DNA from: Hyphomicrobium sp.
GTDB lineage: Bacteria > Pseudomonadota > Alphaproteobacteria > Rhizobiales > Hyphomicrobiaceae
Length of the DNA stretch: 64,000 bases
Direction of reading: 5' to 3'
Assembly: GCA_017512425.1 (NCBI GenBank)
Contig: JAFWGI010000016.1
Location: 636,577-700,576, forward strand
Part shown: in pieces, positions 8,894-17,711 of the stretch
Layout of the letters: each line of letters opens with the position of its first letter
How positions within the stretch are numbered: the first letter of the stretch is position 1
Program-made: the position numbers and the translations under genes
The notes under the pieces: model-generated
The model's input: the letters and a program-made list of their open reading frames with translations, nothing else
Database searches by the model: none
What the model was told of the DNA's origin: nothing

Positions 8894-11470
8894 TTAGTCG
8901 AACTTGATCGTGAACCCACCCATCACCGAGCGCGCGATCGCCGGCTTCACGCCATCTTCGACACCGGCAAGGTATAACTCATTGGTCAAGTTCTGGCCCG
9001 TCGCCCAGAGCGTGACTTTGTCGGAGATGTTGTAGTTGGCACGGGCCGACAGTAGCCACTGGCCGTCGACACGGCCGGGAGAGATCTCAGCGCCTTGGCA
9101 CTCTTCGTCAGCAGTGCCGACGCCTTCGCAAGCCGGACCGTCGAAGCCGAAGCCTCTCGTGTTTTCATCGTCGACGAACCAGCCGCCGCGATGGGTCGCG
9201 GTGAGGCTGACATTCCAGAGGTCTTTGTAGGCAACGCCAAGCGTCAGGTTGGCGTATTGCTTGAGCGCTTCCGGCACTTCGTTGCCGCGCGTGGCTGGGT
9301 TGCCGGCATTCGATATGATCTCGGAGTCCGTGTAGGTGTAGACCGCCTCGGCGAACAGGTTCCAGGCACCACCGACAAACGGACGGCTATCGATGCGGGA
9401 GCCGATCTCGAAGCCTGTGAACTGAACCTTGTCGATCGACGAGAACACGCGGTCGCCGCCGTCGCTCTGGAAGGCCTCGCCGAACTGATAATTGCTGATG
9501 CGGTTATGGAAGATGGCGGCGTCTAACCTGATTCCGCGCAGCGCCGTCGTCCGGTATCCGATCTGGAAATTATCTCCGATTTCGTCATCAACGCGGTATG
9601 GCGCAACGGCCGGATCGAAGTCTTCGAGCGCGTCGCGGATTTGATGCGGCGTGAGGCCCCGGTGATAGCTGCCGTAGACGGTTGAGCGTGGCGCGATTTC
9701 CCAAGCGAACGCAATTCCGGGCAGCACTTCGGTATGGCTCGATTTCAGCTCACCGAAATCGACGCCTTCGCCAAGGACGGCGCGGAACGACGTTTCGTAG
9801 TCCTCGAAGCGCAAGCCTGGCGTGACTGTCAGGGTTTTGGTGACGTGGATCGCGGTTTGAATGAAGGCCGCAAAGCTGTCCGATTCAAGATTTGCCTGGT
9901 TTTCGATTTCACCGCGATTTCCGAACGAGAGGACTTCGCCAGGGTCGCCTTCACGATCACGGTTACGGAATTTGCCGCGCTCGTAGCGCGCGCCGAACTG
10001 TAGATCGTGCGTCATTCCGCCGAAGAACGGCAGGTTCGCCATTTCGACGCGCGAGTCGACGCCGTAGTTCTGATAGCGGCGATCGCGTCCAGCCATTGCT
10101 AGATCGAGAGGGCCTGTCTGCGGATCAATTAATACAGCGTCGCTCTCGCCATCGACGACGGGACCCGTTGGACCATACTCGCCCGTCTGATCCGGGTAAA
10201 AGCGCGCACGATCATGATCGGCGCCGTACAGGCGCGTGCTGATCGTCGTGTTTTTGTCTAAGTAGTAATTGTGCGCGATCTGTAAGCGATAGTGGTCTCC
10301 GTTATACGTGCTGCGGTCGTGACCGCAGGTTGCTTCAAAGTTGCTCGGGTTAGGCTGACCCACACATGCGTCTCCGCCTTTGCGACGGCCGTTCGCAATG
10401 AAATCCGAGAAGTCGCCGCGCAGGAAGTTGTCTTCGTCGTAGTTGTCACGCTGGCGGAAGAAGCCGCCAGACACTGTCAAATCCTGATTGTCGCCCTTGA
10501 CGCCGAGCGCACCGTAAAAGTCGTTGTAGCGCAGCACTTCGTTGTCCCACGCGCCGCCCATTTCCGATCCGGCATAGGACGCGACGACACCCCAGTTGCC
10601 GGCGTTCTGGCGGGTGTGGGTATAGCGGAAATTATTCCAATCCTTTTCGACATCCCATGTGCGGCCGATGCCGAACTTCAACACCGTTTCATTGGCTCCA
10701 AACGGCGATAGGTTGCGGTAGTTAACGATGCCGTGATTGTTGAGCGGGCCGTAATTGACAACGTACCCGCGCGTGACTTCGATGCTTTCAAGACGCTCGG
10801 TCGGCGGCGTGTAATGCGACGAGGAGTCGAGGTAGGGCGAGAAGTTGATCGGCTGGCCGTCTTCCAAGATCAGCACTTTGCGGGAACGGCGCGGCGCGGA
10901 ACCGCGGATGCCGACGCCGCCGTGACGGCCAACGCCGTCGTCGTTGACGGTCACGACACCCGGAACGCGGGCAAGCGCTTCATGATTGCTCTGCGGACGC
11001 TGCTCTTCGATGCCCTCTGTCGTCACGCGCGTGCCTGCACCGGTGTAATTCTGCAAGTCGCCGGGCAACATCGTGCGGGCGTTGATCGGCGAGATGTTGC
11101 CGAATTCGGCGCGCTGCGCCGCGCCGGCACCTGCCGTTGCGCCGTAGGGCGAATTCGCCATGACTTGCGCCGGCTCCGAAATTTCGGCCGCGGCGAAGTC
11201 ATCACTGACCGGCTCGTACTGTTGGACCGGCTGAGGCTGCGGCACCGGTTTCGGCTTGGCAGCCACCGTCTTGGGTTTCGGCTTAGGAGCGGCCTGCTGC
11301 ACAGCCTGCGGCTTCGGCTGTTCCTGAATGACCTTCACTTCCGGAAGGTCGCCCTGTGCCGCAGGCGGCGCATCGGCCGGAGCGGCCCCCTGGTCCTGCC
11401 CGAAAGCGGGCGCCGAGACCATCATGAATCCGAGAGCCGCCATGCTTGCCGTGATGCTTACGCGCGCCAT
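8894..11470 (-). CDS. TonB-dependent outer-membrane receptor (paralog 2)
   Basis: It has a signal peptide MARVSITASMAALGFMMVSAPAFG, a plug region (EALARVPGVVTVNDDGVGRHGGVGIRGS) and a long barrel. GGGAGAA lies upstream of the ATG at 11470. Confidence 0.9.
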   Translation of the reverse strand: MARVSITASMAALGFMMVSAPAFGQDQGAAPADAPPAAQGDLPEVKVIQEQPKPQAVQQAAPKPKPKTVAAKPKPVPQPQPVQQYEPVSDDFAAAEISEPAQVMANSPYGATAGAGAAQRAEFGNISPINARTMLPGDLQNYTGAGTRVTTEGIEEQRPQSNHEALARVPGVVTVNDDGVGRHGGVGIRGSAPRRSRKVLILEDGQPINFSPYLDSSSHYTPPTERLESIEVTRGYVVNYGPLNNHGIVNYRNLSPFGANETVLKFGIGRTWDVEKDWNNFRYTHTRQNAGNWGVVASYAGSEMGGAWDNEVLRYNDFYGALGVKGDNQDLTVSGGFFRQRDNYDEDNFLRGDFSDFIANGRRKGGDACVGQPNPSNFEATCGHDRSTYNGDHYRLQIAHNYYLDKNTTISTRLYGADHDRARFYPDQTGEYGPTGPVVDGESDAVLIDPQTGPLDLAMAGRDRRYQNYGVDSRVEMANLPFFGGMTHDLQFGARYERGKFRNRDREGDPGEVLSFGNRGEIENQANLESDSFAAFIQTAIHVTKTLTVTPGLRFEDYETSFRAVLGEGVDFGELKSSHTEVLPGIAFAWEIAPRSTVYGSYHRGLTPHQIRDALEDFDPAVAPYRVDDEIGDNFQIGYRTTALRGIRLDAAIFHNRISNYQFGEAFQSDGGDRVFSSIDKVQFTGFEIGSRIDSRPFVGGAWNLFAEAVYTYTDSEIISNAGNPATRGNEVPEALKQYANLTLGVAYKDLWNVSLTATHRGGWFVDDENTRGFGFDGPACEGVGTADEECQGAEISPGRVDGQWLLSARANYNISDKVTLWATGQNLTNELYLAGVEDGVKPAIARSVMGGFTIKFD

Positions 11471-11919
11471 TCTATTCTCCCAAAGTTGTGACCGCATCGA
11501 CGTTGTCCGTTGCCGCCCGCGCACACGGTCAATTGCCCTCGCGTGCCGTTGTTATTTTTTGAGAGAGCGCTGCAAACCCGGCTTGGTCAATTCCATGAAC
11601 GAGGGGATTTTTTCCTGAAAAACATCAATTCTATCAGCGCGTTGCGCGTTTGCATCAATTCTGGGATTAGCGGGAAAACCATCGTTTTTTATTAGGAACG
11701 ACGGAGGCGATTTTCAGGAATTGATCTCACTGCGTCGCGAGGCGAAAAATCTCCGTGGGGATGCGTTGATCGCTTGCGTCAAATGCGCCATATCACAACG
11801 GCCGGTAGCAAAATCTCTCGTCCGCCTGGATTAAGGCGCAGGAATGCAACTGGAATATCCGCGCCCGATAGGGTACGGAACGGCCCATTCTTGAAATTCA
11901 ACGTACAGAAAGCCAGCGC

Positions 11920-12366
11920 GTGATTCTCAACCGATTTATCGCTCAATTGGCCGCAGCAGCAGCGGTCGTGCTGCCGGTCGCTGCACAAGGCGCCGCGCCC
12001 GCTGCCAACGCTGCCAACGCTGCCGGCGTATCTCTGGAACTCAATAAACTTGAGGCGACTGACAAGGGCTGCCGCGCGGTCGTCGTCGTCAACAATCAGT
12101 CCGACACGGCCTACCAAACGCTGAAGCTCGAGCTGGTCATGTTCGAAGGCGGCGTTTTTACCCGCCGTATCGCCGTCGATCTCGCGCCTGTCCGTCCGCA
12201 AAAGCGCTCGGTCAAGCTGTTCGAAATCGACAACATCGCCTGCGATAAAATCACCGAGCTTCTGATAAACGACGTGATGGATTGCAAAACCGACGCTGGT
12301 GCAGTTGATAGCTGTCTGCAGCGCCTCAGCGTCTCATCGCTGGCAAATGCGAAATTATCCAAGTAA
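11920..12366 (+). CDS. Exported hypothetical protein (148 aa) preceding exbB
   Basis: It starts with GTG and has an N-terminal signal-like segment AAAAAVVLPVAAQGAAPA. It contains four Cys. Its stop codon directly abuts the exbB start. Confidence 0.55.
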   Translation: MILNRFIAQLAAAAAVVLPVAAQGAAPAANAANAAGVSLELNKLEATDKGCRAVVVVNNQSDTAYQTLKLELVMFEGGVFTRRIAVDLAPVRPQKRSVKLFEIDNIACDKITELLINDVMDCKTDAGAVDSCLQRLSVSSLANAKLSK

Positions 12367-13053
12367 GTGGTGACCGGTTTGGAAGACACAGCAGCAGTCG
12401 TCGGCCGTGATTTGTCGATCATGGGTCTGTTCGAGCATGCAGACATCGTCGTGAAGTCCATCATGATTGGGCTACTCGTGGCGTCAATCGTCTGCTGGGC
12501 CCTGATTTTCGAGAAGATGTTCCGCATCTGGCGCCTCAATCGCGAAGTCCGCGTGCTTGAGGATGCGTCGGCTTCGGGCCGTCTTGCGGCCAGTTCCAGA
12601 GACGGTCTGATTACGTCGGTCAATTCCGCGGCTCAGGTCGAGTGGACGGAGGGCGCGCGCAACGCCGCCAGCGGAGAAGTCCGCGACCGCCTCGAACAGG
12701 CGATGCGTGGCGCCATGAAGCGCGAATTAAAAGGCATCGAAAAAGGCTTGCCGTTCCTCGCGACGCTCGGTTCGGCGGCCCCGTTTATCGGGCTGTTCGG
12801 CACCGTCTGGGGCATCATGAATTCGTTCACGGCCATTGCCCAGTCAAAGGATACGAGCCTCGCGGTCGTCGCCCCCGGCATCGCCGAAGCGCTCTTTGCA
12901 ACCGCCGTTGGACTGGCTGCCGCCATTCCGGCCGTGATCGCCTATAATCAGTTCACGGTTGCACTTGGCCGGGCTTCCGACAAAATCGGACCTGCACTGG
13001 CAGGATTGGCCCGCAGCCTCGCGCGTCGCGGCGTCGAAGCCAATCAGGTTTGA
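12367..13053 (+). CDS. exbB: ExbB/TolQ/MotA-family proton channel
   Basis: The motifs FLATLGSAAPFIGLFGTVWGIMNSF and AVVAPGIAEALFATAVGLAAAIPAV are classical ExbB/TolQ sequences. It is followed by exbD and tonB. Confidence 0.9.
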   Translation: MVTGLEDTAAVVGRDLSIMGLFEHADIVVKSIMIGLLVASIVCWALIFEKMFRIWRLNREVRVLEDASASGRLAASSRDGLITSVNSAAQVEWTEGARNAASGEVRDRLEQAMRGAMKRELKGIEKGLPFLATLGSAAPFIGLFGTVWGIMNSFTAIAQSKDTSLAVVAPGIAEALFATAVGLAAAIPAVIAYNQFTVALGRASDKIGPALAGLARSLARRGVEANQV

Positions 13054-13065
13054 GGGCGTCGCGTT

Positions 13066-13521
13066 ATGGGTATGTCTGTAGGCGGAGGCGGTAACGATGA
13101 TGGCGACGGCTATAAGCCGTTAGCCGAAATCAACGTCACGCCGTTCGTCGATGTGATGCTCGTGCTGCTCATCATCTTCATGGTGGCGGCACCGCTGATG
13201 GTTCAAGGCGTTCCGGTCGATCTGCCGAAAACATCGGCCTCGAAGCTCGGCACCGTCAAAAAGCCTATGGTCGTTACGATGGCGGGTGACGGAAACTTGT
13301 ACATCCGTGATGAGCAGGTCACGCGCGAGAGCTTGGTGTCGCGCCTGATGGCAATTAAATCGCAAGAGGGCGGCGAGGGCATCGTTTATGTTCGCGCCGA
13401 CAAGAAGATCGCGTACGGCGAAGTCATGGAAATCCTGGGCCGCGTCGGGGAATCGGGCTTTGCGCGCGTTTCGCTTCTCTCCCAGCCATCTCCGTCCGCG
13501 CAAGCAACGACGCCGAACTGA
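13066..13521 (+). CDS. exbD: ExbD/TolR biopolymer transport protein
   Basis: The N-terminal motif [19 protein letters not shown] and the ~150 aa length match. It lies between exbB and tonB. Confidence 0.9.
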   Translation: MGMSVGGGGNDDGDGYKPLAEINVTPFVDVMLVLLIIFMVAAPLMVQGVPVDLPKTSASKLGTVKKPMVVTMAGDGNLYIRDEQVTRESLVSRLMAIKSQEGGEGIVYVRADKKIAYGEVMEILGRVGESGFARVSLLSQPSPSAQATTPN

Positions 13522-13565
13522 ACGAAGACCTACGCATTCGTAGTTTGAGGACCACGCCGACCGCC

Positions 13566-14294
13566 ATGCAAATGTTGCGCGCCATTGCAGTTCTGCTGTC
13601 CCTTGCGGTCCACGGGTCGCTTGCGTATGCGCTCATCGTGAAGCCGCCGGTTGCCGTCAGCGACGCGTTTGACGCCGGCACGGGCGCGGATTCGATCATG
13701 GTCGAGCAGGGCATCGCCATCGAAGGCCTTGCGAAGCTCGGAGATGCTATCGAGACAATCGAGATGGCGGAAATTACGCCGATGGTTGCCGAAGCGCCGC
13801 CGCCTGTCGAAGAAGTCAAAGAAATCGACGAGTTGAAGGACACGATTACGTCGGAAGCCAGCGTCGTCGAAGACAATATCGTCAAGCAAGAAGAGCCGCC
13901 GCCGCCGGAAGAGAAGCCGCCGGTCACCGAGGTGACGCCGATCGAACAGCCGGAGCAGGTCGCCATAGTCGCCGAGCAGAGTTCGGGCGATGAAAAGCTC
14001 GGCAGCATCAACGCGACGGCGCGCACGCAGTACCTGGGCAAGCTGCGCGATATGCTCGAACGGTCCAAGATCAACCCGAGGTCGCGCCTTGCGGGCACCG
14101 TGTGGGTCAAATTCACGATCGGTCCCAACGGTGAGCTGATGTCGCGCGAAATCACGACGAGCTCGGGCTCGAAGGTGCTCGACGATGCAGCGGTGGCAGC
14201 GCTCGATCGCGCAGCACCCTTCCCAGCGATGCCGAATGATGTCGCCGACGAACCGCTGATCGTCTCGGTGCCGTTCAAATTCATCACCCGCTGA
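13566..14294 (+). CDS. tonB: TonB-family energy transducer
   Basis: It has an N-terminal TM anchor, a Pro/Glu-rich spacer (EEPPPPEEKPPVTEVTPIEQPEQ) and a TonB C-terminal fold motif (GTVWVKFTIGPNGEL...SSGSKVLDDAAVAAL). The start is uncertain: ATG 13566 versus TTG 13545. Confidence 0.85.
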   Translation: MQMLRAIAVLLSLAVHGSLAYALIVKPPVAVSDAFDAGTGADSIMVEQGIAIEGLAKLGDAIETIEMAEITPMVAEAPPPVEEVKEIDELKDTITSEASVVEDNIVKQEEPPPPEEKPPVTEVTPIEQPEQVAIVAEQSSGDEKLGSINATARTQYLGKLRDMLERSKINPRSRLAGTVWVKFTIGPNGELMSREITTSSGSKVLDDAAVAALDRAAPFPAMPNDVADEPLIVSVPFKFITR

Positions 14295-14568
14295 TTCAAA
14301 GCCTGCAGCGCGCGCGGACATACGTTGTCCTTGCAAGCCGCTGCTGGGCGCCGTCACACGCACTTGCGTTGTAGATGATGCGTTGTAGATGCCGGCGGCT
14401 AGGGCGCCGCCGCGCCCTGCCGACCGTGGCACCAAGGCGGATATCATTGGCCGCCGCCGCGACGATCCGGGAACGGACAATCCGTAATTTGGACAGCCAT
14501 TAACCTCAGCTTAGCACCTCCGCCGTAGCGTGTGATTTGTAAGACCTGGATTTTCACACGGCCCACCC

Positions 14569-15453
14569 ATGCTCAACGGCGCCTTCGGCAATAAATCGAG
14601 CACGCTGATGACAGAGTACGCCTCGCTGCTTGGCGACGCGGTGCTCCGCCATCGCGCGCGTATCGCTGAGCAGTCCGCACGGGTCGAGGCGGAGCTTGCG
14701 AGCAAGATCAAATCCGAATTCATCGCCAACATGAGCCACGAGTTGAGGACACCCCTCAACACGATCATCGGCTTTTCGAAGCTGCTCACCGATCACAACC
14801 GCCGCAAACTGCCGGATGCCGACATCGTCGAGTACGCGACGCTGATCAATGACGCGGCCGGCCACCTGCTGTCGGTCATCAACGACATTCTCGACATCTC
14901 GAAGATCCAAAGCGGCAAGTACACGCTCGACAGCCGCGAAGTGTCGATCGAAGAAATCATCCAAGCGTGCACCAACTCGTTCCGGCTGATGGCGAGCGAG
15001 GCCGGTGTAACCCTTGCGCCGAAAATCGCTTTCGACTTGCCGATGGCGCGCGGCGACAGCATCAAGCTGCGCCAGATTTTCACGAACATCATCTCCAACG
15101 CCATCAAGTTTACCCCGCGCGGCGGCACCGTGACCATCGACGCCATGCGCGCCAATACGGGCGGCGTCACGGTGCTTGTGCGCGATACCGGCGTCGGCAT
15201 GTCAGCCGATGAAGTCGCGATTGCACTGACGCCATTCGGCCAGGTCGACGGCGGCCGCACCCGCTGGCGCGAAGGCACCGGCCTCGGCTTGCCGATCGCC
15301 AAGGCACTGGTCGACCTTCATGGCGGCGAAATCGAAATTCGCTCGCGTAAAGGCGAAGGCACAGAAGTCGCCATCGTCCTGCCGTCGCGAAATACAGTTC
15401 TCACCGTTGCCACCAACGAACCTCAATCTGCACAATCCGCTAGGACACTCTGA
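14569..15453 (+). CDS. Cytoplasmic histidine kinase (DHp + HATPase_c only, no sensor or TM domain)
   Basis: The H-box FIANMSHELRTPLNTIIGFSKLL, the N-box NIISNAIKFTPRGG, and the G-boxes DTGVGM and GTGLGLPIAKALV are all present. There is no hydrophobic segment. The stop overlaps the next start (TGATG). Confidence 0.9.
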   Translation: MLNGAFGNKSSTLMTEYASLLGDAVLRHRARIAEQSARVEAELASKIKSEFIANMSHELRTPLNTIIGFSKLLTDHNRRKLPDADIVEYATLINDAAGHLLSVINDILDISKIQSGKYTLDSREVSIEEIIQACTNSFRLMASEAGVTLAPKIAFDLPMARGDSIKLRQIFTNIISNAIKFTPRGGTVTIDAMRANTGGVTVLVRDTGVGMSADEVAIALTPFGQVDGGRTRWREGTGLGLPIAKALVDLHGGEIEIRSRKGEGTEVAIVLPSRNTVLTVATNEPQSAQSARTL

Positions 15454-17501
15454 TGACTGCGCTTCCGCATTTGGCAAATCCCGACCAGAGCGCTGACGGC
15501 TCAATCGGCCGCATCGTGTCCGTCACAGGCTCGAAAGCCATCGTGCTGCTCGACGGGCAGACCAACGGCCGCGTCCGGTCGATCAACGACCGCCCGGAAA
15601 TGGGAACGCTGCTCGCGATCGATACTGCCAACACGATCGTGCTCGCAATCGTCTCTGCGTTGAGCGTGCCGGTGCCGGCCCAGCGCGACGGCGACACCGA
15701 AATTTGGATTGCCGAGCTCGGCCTCGTCGGCGAGCTTTGGAAGAGCCCCGGCGCGCCGATTACCAGCGCGCGCTTTAATCGTGGCGTTACGATCTATCCG
15801 GCGCTCGGCGACCGCGTTCGCGTCGCGTCGAAACTCGAACTCGAGACGGCATTCGTCGGCGACGGCAGCTCGTGCGTCCGCGTCGGGACTATTCGCCAAG
15901 ACAGCACGATCCCGGCGATGGTCCGCGTCGATGATTTGCTCGGCAAGCACTTTGCGATCCTCGGCACCACGGGCACGGGTAAATCGTGCACGACGGCGCT
16001 GATCCTGCGCTCGATCCTGCAAAAACATCCGGCCGCTCACATCGTGCTGCTCGATCCGCATAACGAATACGCGACCGCATTCAGCGAGTGGGCGGAAGTC
16101 ATCTCGCCGCGCAACATGCAGCTGCCGTTCTGGCTGTTGAACTTCGAAGAAATCGTCGAAGTCCTGATCGGCGACTCCGAGCGCAAGGCCGAGATTGAAG
16201 TCCTCCAGGAACTCATTCCGATCGCCAAGAGCCGCTACAGTTCGGGCCGCAACGCGGAAAGCAACAAATTGCGCCGCGGCGTCATCGACAGCGGACGCTA
16301 CACCGTCGATACGCCAGTACCCTACCGTATTTCGGACCTGACCAGCCTCATTGATGAGCGCATGGGCAAGCTCGAGAACAAGCGCGATTTGGCGCCGTAC
16401 CGCCAGCTCAAGAACCATATCGAAACGATCTCGCAAGACGGCCGCTATGGCTTCATGTTCGGCTCCTTGACCGTCTACGATGGCATGACGCAGGTGCTGA
16501 GCCGCATTTTCCGCGTGCCAGTCAACGACAAGCCGATCACCATTCTGGAATTGACGGGTCTGCCGACGGAAATCGTCAACGTCGTCGTATCGGTGCTTTG
16601 CCGCATGACCTTCGACTTCGCCCTCTGGAGCGAAGGCCAGGTCCCCGTGACGCTCGTCTGCGAAGAAGCGCACCGCTACGTTCCGGCGAATGCCTCTATG
16701 GGCTTCGAGCCGTGCAAACGCGCGATCGCGAAAATCGCCAAGGAAGGCCGCAAATACGGTGCGTCGCTGTGCATCGTCACCCAGCGCCCCGCAGAAATCG
16801 ACCCAACCATTCTGTCTCAGTGCAACACTGTGTTTGCGCTGCGCATGGCCAACGACAAGGACCAGGCGATCGTTCAGTCGGCTGTCTCCGACACCGGCTC
16901 CGGCCTCCTCGAATTCTTGCCATCGCTCGGCCAGCGCGAAGCCATCGCTTTCGGCGACGGCATGTCGTTGCCGGTTCGCATCAAATTCGACGAACTGCCG
17001 AAGAATTGTTTGCCGCGCTCCTCGACCGCGCGCTTCTCAGAGAAATGGCAGAAGTCCATGGGCGACGAAGGCTTCCTCGAACAGGTCGTCGATCGTTGGC
17101 GCATGTCGGGCATCGGCAGCGGCGGCGACATGAGCCAACAGCTCGCGATGATGGCCGACGCGATGGGACTGCCGCAAGGCGAGGACGACGAGTTCGTAGC
17201 GCCGCCTGTCGAAGCGCGCTTCGCGCCGCCGCCGGCTCCGTCTCAGAATTACCCGTCGCAAGCCGGGGTCGCGAGGCCATCGGCTCCGCTGCTGCGCAAA
17301 GATGCGGCGGCAGCGCCAAGCGCTGCCTACGCGCCGCGCAACGGTGGCACAGGCTCGCCGCCCAACGGCCTCGAGCGGCGTGCACCGTTGACGAACGGCC
17401 AATCGAACGGCGTGGCAAACGGCATGGCACAAAGCGCTGATGCAGGTGGCGCCAATTCGCTGCGCTCGTTGCGCGAACGATTGATGCGTCCGGCGCAGTA
17501 A
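15453..17501 (+). CDS. HerA/DUF87-type P-loop ATPase with a low-complexity C-terminal tail
   Basis: It has a HAS-barrel-like N-terminus (GRIVSVTGSKAIVLLD...), Walker A ILGTTGTGKS, Walker B-like VTLVCEEAHRYVP, and TQRPAEIDPTILSQCNTVFALRMAN typical of HerA/DUF87. The last ~150 aa are Ala/Pro/Gly-rich. Confidence 0.85.
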   Translation: MTALPHLANPDQSADGSIGRIVSVTGSKAIVLLDGQTNGRVRSINDRPEMGTLLAIDTANTIVLAIVSALSVPVPAQRDGDTEIWIAELGLVGELWKSPGAPITSARFNRGVTIYPALGDRVRVASKLELETAFVGDGSSCVRVGTIRQDSTIPAMVRVDDLLGKHFAILGTTGTGKSCTTALILRSILQKHPAAHIVLLDPHNEYATAFSEWAEVISPRNMQLPFWLLNFEEIVEVLIGDSERKAEIEVLQELIPIAKSRYSSGRNAESNKLRRGVIDSGRYTVDTPVPYRISDLTSLIDERMGKLENKRDLAPYRQLKNHIETISQDGRYGFMFGSLTVYDGMTQVLSRIFRVPVNDKPITILELTGLPTEIVNVVVSVLCRMTFDFALWSEGQVPVTLVCEEAHRYVPANASMGFEPCKRAIAKIAKEGRKYGASLCIVTQRPAEIDPTILSQCNTVFALRMANDKDQAIVQSAVSDTGSGLLEFLPSLGQREAIAFGDGMSLPVRIKFDELPKNCLPRSSTARFSEKWQKSMGDEGFLEQVVDRWRMSGIGSGGDMSQQLAMMADAMGLPQGEDDEFVAPPVEARFAPPPAPSQNYPSQAGVARPSAPLLRKDAAAAPSAAYAPRNGGTGSPPNGLERRAPLTNGQSNGVANGMAQSADAGGANSLRSLRERLMRPAQ

Positions 17502-17711
17502 GCAAAGCCGGCCCAGACCATGTTGAACGTCAGCGGGGCGACGGAGGCATACGCAACCGTCGCCGCAGCAGCGTGCTCGTCCCTGACACAAATTCGATGG
17601 GCAAAACTGTCATGCTCCGCCGCGGCACTAATCGCAATCGCGCGGGACGTGCTAGGGATGCTATAGCTTGAGCCAGTGCGGCCTGATCAGACGGCGAGGA
17701 ATAGACGGCAC

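Noticed and set aside
14365-14392. Tandem 14-bp direct repeat TGCGTTGTAGATG(A/C) between tonB and the kinase gene
   Set aside because: There are only two units with no spacers, so it is not a CRISPR array or an obvious operator. It is most simply a slippage duplication. I recorded it but consider it of low significance.
15501-16673. 390-aa minus-strand ORF
   Set aside because: It is antisense to the HerA/DUF87 ATPase gene, which has unambiguous Walker motifs. It has no motifs of its own.
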